In this document: piece after piece, positions 58,621-64,000 of the stretch
Position numbering within the stretch: the stretch's first letter is position 1
Layout: every line of letters starts with the position of its first letter
Assembly: GCA_046483495.1 (NCBI GenBank)
Contig: JAWODC010000044.1
Coordinates: 64,001 to 128,000, forward strand
Length of the DNA: 64,000 bases
Source: Desulfobacterales bacterium
GTDB taxonomy: Bacteria > Desulfobacterota > Desulfobacteria > Desulfobacterales > UBA5616
Direction of reading: 5' to 3'
Notes under the pieces: model-generated
Databases searched by the model: none
Told to the model about the DNA's origin: nothing
Seen by the model: only the letters and a program-made list of their open reading frames with translations
Translations under genes and position numbers: made by a program

Positions 58621-59439
58621 CTATACGATTGCAAACGGGTCCTTTTCAAGCCGGCACGCCTGCACACGCAGCTCGTACCCGAGCAAATCGCATTCCTGTT
58701 GAACCCGTTGTGCAAGCACATCGAGCATTAAATGCTCCGAGGCAAAGTGGCCTATATCAATCAGTGCGCGATTCAAGGATTCCGCATCCCTGGCATCATG
58801 ATATTTCACATCCCCGCTAATCAGCACATGGGCATCGGAAGCAAAAAAGTCCGCCATGATCCCGGACCCGCTTCCACTGCAAACGGCGACTCGACAAACC
58901 GTTAAACCATGATGCCCCACGATTTTAAGATGCGGCGGGCCCGTTCGAAGCTTAACGAATTTCGAAAGCTCGATCAAGGTCATGGGGGCACGAAGGTTTC
59001 CAATGCGGCCGATGCCGAAATGGCTTACACCACGATTCGGTTCCGATGCCGGGCTGAAGCAATCGATGTCCTGTAATTCCAGCCTCCGGGCCAGCATATC
59101 GTTAATGCCGCCCGAAACCGCGTCCAGGTTCGTGTGCGCTGAAAAGACCGCCAGGTTGTGCCGCAAAGCCTTTTGGACGATTTTCCCGAAAGGGGTTTGC
59201 ACGTCAATGGATTTTACGGGCCTTATCAAAAGAGGGTGATGAGTGATCAGCATGTCGATTCCTTCGCAGCATGCCGCATCCACCACCGGCGGGCTTGCAT
59301 CGAGTGCAACCCATATATTACGCACCTGCCGGCGGTCATCCCCGACCTGAAGCCCGGGATTATCCCATTGCTCGGCCAATTCCGGAGGAGCCAGTTTTTC
59401 CATGACGCTTATGACATCCCACACAGACGCCGTTTTCAT
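58621..59439 (-). CDS. Nif3-like dinuclear metal center hexameric protein
   Basis: WDNPGLQVG, ITHHPL, HTNLD, VAVCSGSG, GDVKYH, GHFASE. Confidence 0.93.
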   Translation of the reverse strand: MKTASVWDVISVMEKLAPPELAEQWDNPGLQVGDDRRQVRNIWVALDASPPVVDAACCEGIDMLITHHPLLIRPVKSIDVQTPFGKIVQKALRHNLAVFSAHTNLDAVSGGINDMLARRLELQDIDCFSPASEPNRGVSHFGIGRIGNLRAPMTLIELSKFVKLRTGPPHLKIVGHHGLTVCRVAVCSGSGSGIMADFFASDAHVLISGDVKYHDARDAESLNRALIDIGHFASEHLMLDVLAQRVQQECDLLGYELRVQACRLEKDPFAIV

Positions 59440-59455
59440 GATACCTCTTCACAAC

Positions 59456-59492
59456 AAAAAAGGCGCGGTTAAATGTTAAAACCACGCCTTTT
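59456..59492 (-). terminator. Intrinsic terminator downstream of tRNA-Ile2
   Basis: AAAAGGCGCGGTT/AACCACGCCTTTT stem with A/T runs on both sides. Confidence 0.65.
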
Positions 59493-59594
59493 TATTTTCA
59501 CAGCGGTATGGATTAATGTTCGCCCCATGAGCGTCTATCCATTATGCAATCCATATCGTTAAACCCATTTAACCGTATCTGAGAATGTATGGTA

Positions 59595-59667
59595 TGGGCC
59601 CACCTGGGTTCGAACCAGGGACCGACCGGTTATGAGCCGGTGGCTCTTCCAGCTGAGCTATGGGCCC
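59595..59667 (-). tRNA. tRNA-Ile2 (anticodon CAU, lysidine-modified type)
   Basis: GGGCCCA acceptor stem, TAGCTCAG D-arm, ACCGG-CTCATAA-CCGGT anticodon arm, GGTTCGAACC T-arm. Sequence and position after rpoD fit Ile2 better than Met. Confidence 0.9.
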
Positions 59668-59681
59668 TGACTTTAGTCGAT

Positions 59682-59710
59682 TTTTTATCGCCGGAAACAT
59701 CATTTGTCAA
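59682..59710 (-). promoter_or_regulatory. Sigma70 promoter for the tRNA
   Basis: TTGACA-N17-TAAAAA on the minus strand just upstream of the tRNA 5' end. Confidence 0.65.
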
Positions 59711-59713
59711 GAA

Positions 59714-61516
59714 TTAGGTATCGATAAAGCTTTTTAATTTTCGGCTTCTCGTCGGGTGCCTCAATTTACGCAGTGCTTTTGCTTCAATTTGCCGAATACG
59801 TTCCCGGGTGACAGCAAAATCCTGTCCGACTTCCTCGAGCGTGTGATCCGCCTTTTCACCGATTCCGAACCGCATCCTGAGAACCTTTTCCTCGCGAGGC
59901 GTTAACGTGGCCAGCACCTTTCGGGTTTGTTCCGCCAAATTCAGGTTTACAGCCGCCTCTGAGGGCAGTACGAACTTTTTATCCTCGATGAAATCGCCCA
60001 GATGACTGTCTTCCTCTTCACCAATCGGCGTCTCTAAGGAAATCGGTTCTCGAGCGATCTTCAGCACTTTTCTTACCTTGTCCAGTGGTATCTCCATTTT
60101 TTCGGCGATCTCCTCGGGTGTCGGTTCCCTGCCGAGTTCCTGAACCAGATACCGGGAAGTCCGAATCAGCTTGTTGATCGTTTCGATCATATGGACGGGA
60201 ATTCGAATGGTCCTGGCCTGATCGGCGATCGCCCGTGTGATGGCTTGTCGAATCCACCATGTCGCATACGTGCTGAATTTATAGCCCCGGCGATATTCAA
60301 ACTTGTCCACCGCTTTCATGAGCCCGATGTTGCCTTCCTGGATTAAATCCAGAAACTGCAATCCCCGGTTCGTATATTTTTTGGCAATGCTCACCACAAG
60401 ACGCAAATTGGCCTTGGTCAATTCACTTTTGGCATCTTTTGCAACCAGACGGCCTTCATCGACACCGGTGATGATGCGTTTCAACGTCCTGCTCTTGGCT
60501 TTTATCAATTTTTCCTTTTCCTGAATCTGATTGTAAAATTCCATCAGTTCGCCATAGATACAGGAAATTTCATCTTTCGTTAATTCGCATCGGGCCTTCA
60601 TCCATTTATAGAAATCCGTTTTCGTTCGAAGGTTGTTCCGCAATTCGGAAATCGGTGAGTTAATGTTCTCCGCGAACATGCCGATCATTTGGTTCATGGC
60701 GTCAAACCATTCGATCTGCTCACGGATTATTTTTTCGATTCTATCGATTACACCACCCTCGAACCGCCAATCCTTCAGCAGTTCGAAAATTTTGTTGTTT
60801 CTTCGATTGATCGCTCTCCTGATCCGCCTCTGCTCGTCTATTCCCACTTTTCCGGAAAACAGCCTGTCCCGATAATCCTCATTTTCGAGATGAATCGCCT
60901 TGATGTTGTTAATCGTAGTGAGGAAATTTTCAATTTGCACGCTCTCATCGACATAGGCATCCCCCTCATCGATATCCCGCAATACATGCTTCGGCCGCAG
61001 TCTTCCCCCTTCGATATGCTTTCCAAGATCCAAGAGACATTTCACACCGGTCGATGTATCGATCAGCGCCCGCAAAATCCGCTGTTCACCCTCTTCGATT
61101 TTTTTTGCGATTTCGACTTCCCCTTCCCTGCTCAATAAGGTGACAAGCCCCATTTCCCGCAGGTACATTTTTACAGGATCCGAAACGCTGCCGTAATCCG
61201 AAGCCGAAGACTCATCTTTGAGCAATCCGTCATCATCGAATTTCTTCGGTTTATCCCGAACCGCCAACTTTCCTTCTTCAATGATATCGATATCATTGTC
61301 ATCAAGTATCATGAGTGTTTCGTCGAACTGTTTGGAAATGACCAAGTCCTTAGGCAGCGCTTCATTTATCTCGTCATAGGTTAAATACCCCTGTTTTTTT
61401 CCTTTTAAAACCAGATCGGTCAGAGCCTGTTTTGTTTCACGGTCTTTAGCTGCCGCATCCGATCCTTTTCGTTCGTTTTTTGTGTCCATCTTATTTTTAA
61501 CGCTTTGTTTTGACAT
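59714..61516 (-). CDS. rpoD: RNA polymerase primary sigma factor
   Basis: Region 1.1 (GYLTYDEIN), [50 protein letters not shown]. Start is 61516 or 61531. Confidence 0.97.
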   Translation of the reverse strand: MSKQSVKNKMDTKNERKGSDAAAKDRETKQALTDLVLKGKKQGYLTYDEINEALPKDLVISKQFDETLMILDDNDIDIIEEGKLAVRDKPKKFDDDGLLKDESSASDYGSVSDPVKMYLREMGLVTLLSREGEVEIAKKIEEGEQRILRALIDTSTGVKCLLDLGKHIEGGRLRPKHVLRDIDEGDAYVDESVQIENFLTTINNIKAIHLENEDYRDRLFSGKVGIDEQRRIRRAINRRNNKIFELLKDWRFEGGVIDRIEKIIREQIEWFDAMNQMIGMFAENINSPISELRNNLRTKTDFYKWMKARCELTKDEISCIYGELMEFYNQIQEKEKLIKAKSRTLKRIITGVDEGRLVAKDAKSELTKANLRLVVSIAKKYTNRGLQFLDLIQEGNIGLMKAVDKFEYRRGYKFSTYATWWIRQAITRAIADQARTIRIPVHMIETINKLIRTSRYLVQELGREPTPEEIAEKMEIPLDKVRKVLKIAREPISLETPIGEEEDSHLGDFIEDKKFVLPSEAAVNLNLAEQTRKVLATLTPREEKVLRMRFGIGEKADHTLEEVGQDFAVTRERIRQIEAKALRKLRHPTRSRKLKSFIDT

Positions 61517-61562
61517 AAAGAATTGCCTCATTTTGTGTTTTTATATCTGTATTTGCCGGGTA

Positions 61563-63344
61563 TCAACATTTGTTGTCGGAGCCCGATGCCGCCTTTTTAT
61601 AACGACCGGAGGCGTTCTGCTTTTCTGTTAAAAGCTTAAAAAGCAGCTCCTGGTCATTGTCGCTTTCCGCAGCTTTAATGCGATGAATCAGCATTTGATT
61701 CATGCCTTTCCGGACCATGTGCTTGAACTGTCGAATCAAACGAAGGCAACCGTTTCGGTCCCAGGCATCCTCCTGGATGCTCATCTCCGATACAATACGT
61801 TTTTTTTCGTCGTCGAGCCTCTGGAAAATATCCACGATCGGTTCATTTCCGGCATCCACGCATTCCAAAATAATCATGCCTATGGATTTTAAAAGTCCAT
61901 TTTCAAATTTTTCCAGTATTTGCTGCGCGCGAATCTCGTCTACGCTCTCGGGAAACTGGAGCATCATTTCGATTATTCTGCGCTCGATCCGGTTTTTCTT
62001 TGCATCGGCACCATCCTTTTCGATATGCATCACCGGCGTTCCGGTTTCGCGGGCGGCTTGAAAATTCTTAAGCTTTTGCAAGATCGCGGCTTCGTCAATC
62101 ATGATGCGTTCCGACAATTCCTTGACGTACAGTGAACGGGCAACCGGATCTTGGATTTCGGCCAATGGCTGCATCATATCGCCAACAGTCCGAATTCTTC
62201 CTTCAGGTGACATGCCGTTTCGTTTTACGGCTACATCAATGAGAAAAGGGACGATATTTCGGGCCTCGGATGTCATTTTTTCGAATACTTTCGGGCCAAG
62301 GGCCCGAATGCAGGAGTCCGGATCATGGCCCTTCGGCAGCACCAGAATGCGGGCATTGACATTTTGTTTCATAAACGAACCCACGCTTCTTACCGCCGCC
62401 TTTATACCGGCTTCGTCGGAATCGTAGATGAGAACCATCTTTTCGGCAAATCCCCTCAACATCCTGATCTGCTCCACGGTAAGGGCGGTTCCAAGCGTCG
62501 CTACCGTATTTGTGAGTCCGTACTGATAGAGCGATATGCAGTCAAAGTACCCCTCCACGATATGAACCGTATCGGTCTTCCGGCACTGCATTTTGGCAAG
62601 ATGGATGCCGTAGAGCGAATTCCGTTTGTTGTAGGTAAGCGTCTCCGGGGAGTTGAGATACTTGGGAAGGGAATCATCAACCGCCCTGCCCCCAAAGCCG
62701 ATAATCCGTGCATGACTATCAAAAATCGGGAATATGATTCGGTTCCGAAAACGATCATACGTTCCGGGCGAACCTTTTCGTGGAATCACCAATCCCGACA
62801 GTTCGACCAGTTTTGGCGGAAATTTGCGCTTTAAAAATGGTTCGATATGATGCCATCCTGCCGGAGCGTAGCCCAATCCGAAGGCTTCCGAGGTCTTTGA
62901 ATCGATTCCACGGCGGTTCAAATACGCCAGAGCCGTCGCCCCGGTGTTTGGGTTCAAGCAATCCCGATAAAATGCCGCAGCGGCCTGGTGAAGCTCAAAC
63001 AGAAGTTCTCGGTCGCTTTTCCCGTGTCCATCCCGATCGGCGGCATTTCCGGGAATGCGAATGTTGCATCGATCGGCCAGCAACCGAATGGCTTCGGGAT
63101 ACGAAAGATTGTCCACCTTCATAACAAAGCCGAAAACATCCCCGCCTTCACCGCACCCGAAACAGTGAAAGATCTGCTTTTCCCGGTTTACTGTAAAAGA
63201 TGGCGTTTTCTCGGAGTGAAACGGACACAACCCGACGTGGTTTCGTCCGGCATTTTTCAACCGGACCACTTCCGAAACAATGTCCACGATATCGACTGAC
63301 TGTTTGATTTCGGAAACGATTTCCTCTGGAACCCTAAAGGCCAA
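61563..63344 (-). CDS. dnaG: DNA primase
   Basis: CPFHSEKTPSF, FHCFGC, RFRNRIIFP, KYLNSPET, VEGYFD, YDSDEAG, HDPD; TTG start after AAGGAGG. Confidence 0.97.
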   Translation of the reverse strand: MAFRVPEEIVSEIKQSVDIVDIVSEVVRLKNAGRNHVGLCPFHSEKTPSFTVNREKQIFHCFGCGEGGDVFGFVMKVDNLSYPEAIRLLADRCNIRIPGNAADRDGHGKSDRELLFELHQAAAAFYRDCLNPNTGATALAYLNRRGIDSKTSEAFGLGYAPAGWHHIEPFLKRKFPPKLVELSGLVIPRKGSPGTYDRFRNRIIFPIFDSHARIIGFGGRAVDDSLPKYLNSPETLTYNKRNSLYGIHLAKMQCRKTDTVHIVEGYFDCISLYQYGLTNTVATLGTALTVEQIRMLRGFAEKMVLIYDSDEAGIKAAVRSVGSFMKQNVNARILVLPKGHDPDSCIRALGPKVFEKMTSEARNIVPFLIDVAVKRNGMSPEGRIRTVGDMMQPLAEIQDPVARSLYVKELSERIMIDEAAILQKLKNFQAARETGTPVMHIEKDGADAKKNRIERRIIEMMLQFPESVDEIRAQQILEKFENGLLKSIGMIILECVDAGNEPIVDIFQRLDDEKKRIVSEMSIQEDAWDRNGCLRLIRQFKHMVRKGMNQMLIHRIKAAESDNDQELLFKLLTEKQNASGRYKKAASGSDNKC

Positions 63345-63474
63345 AAATAAGACCCTCCTTATCATTGAACCGGGAGCCGTTCAGAAGGTCATCACCGACT
63401 GAAAAGGCTGACCGTTCGTAAAAAAAGCACCGAATCGAATTTTGTTATTCTGGATGGGCATTAGTTAAATAGCT

Positions 63475-63503
63475 AAAATAACTATTTGTTCGGGTTTTGT
63501 CAA
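63475..63503 (-). promoter_or_regulatory. Sigma70 promoter for dnaG-rpoD
   Basis: TTGACA-N17-TATTTT on the minus strand. Confidence 0.6.
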
Positions 63504-63793
63504 GTCAATGCTGCATGTTTTCGGCGGGTTGCATATCAGGCTGCATCCGGATTGTTGGTCCATTCGCTCGATATGACCCCTTGTTTTCAGCTGTCCCGCT
63601 ACTATGGAGTCGTTTCGAAGCAAAGCCGTTTGCACCTTTTGAAAGGAAGTGCGAAGTCGTCATTGTGCAGCAAGGTTTTTGTTTAAAATAAACAACGTTT
63701 CGGATGTTATGGGCAGAGCGGTTTGGGCTTTTCGATATGAAATCCGAAAGTTACGATGAAAACGAAACGGCCTTTTTGGATAAAAGGACCCTT

Positions 63794-64000
63794 TTAGGAA
63801 TGGAAACCAGCCAATTGAATCGCCTCTTTTAAATTCAAGGTGCCGCTGTACAGGGCTTTTCCCGTGATGACGCCCACCACCCCGAATTCAGCCAGCGGCA
63901 GAAGGTTTTTGATATCCTCGAGTGTTGAAACGCCGCCTGAAGCAACCACCGGGATGGAAACCGCGGCGGCAAGCTTCCTGGTTTCATCGATATTCGGGCC
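63794..64000 (-). CDS. hisA: ProFAR isomerase, C-terminal part (gene enters from the window edge)
   Basis: Manual translation [61 protein letters not shown]. Confidence 0.9.
   Translation of the reverse strand, partial: GPNIDETRKLAAAVSIPVVASGGVSTLEDIKNLLPLAEFGVVGVITGKALYSGTLNLKEAIQLAGFHS

Noticed and set aside
63504..63790. Riboswitch or sRNA in the hisA-dnaG gap
   Set aside because: No c-di-GMP, SAM, TPP or other consensus recognised by eye; an Rfam/Infernal scan would be needed.

Overview
Core chromosomal segment of an anaerobic bacterium. The gene content (tungsten-type AOR, Hdr/NarI-type oxidoreductase, TRAP transporter, kdsB, clpAS-aat) suggests Desulfobacterota; this is an inference, not a database result. 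Housekeeping genes: xseA (partial), glmM, manA, uvrA, queE, queC, efp, guaA, kdsB, larB, aat-clpA-clpS, secA, folD, argC, ispD, rpoD, dnaG and hisA (partial), plus RNase P RNA (rnpB) and tRNA-Ile2(CAU). A catabolic/transport block at about 37-54 kb holds TRAP and NMT1-type ABC transporters, an internally deleted crotonase, a UbiA prenyltransferase, a paired class III CoA-transferase, a DUF362-AOR-MoaD-SDR operon and an ETF:quinone-oxidoreductase-like protein. No CRISPR array, integrase, transposase or prophage was seen. Most notable unexplained items: (1) a 605-aa protein downstream of queE-queC that appears to fuse a divergent ARMT1/DUF89 phosphatase to a nucleoside-deoxyribosyltransferase-like domain; (2) a stand-alone GlmU-acetyltransferase-like protein coupled to glmM; (3) a 439-aa protein with a C-terminal HPr domain, followed closely by ispD; (4) an MrfA-MrfB-like helicase-nuclease fusion; (5) a trpF-like/efp/M20 operon; (6) REP/REPIN-like repeat clusters. 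All family assignments come from motif recognition by eye.
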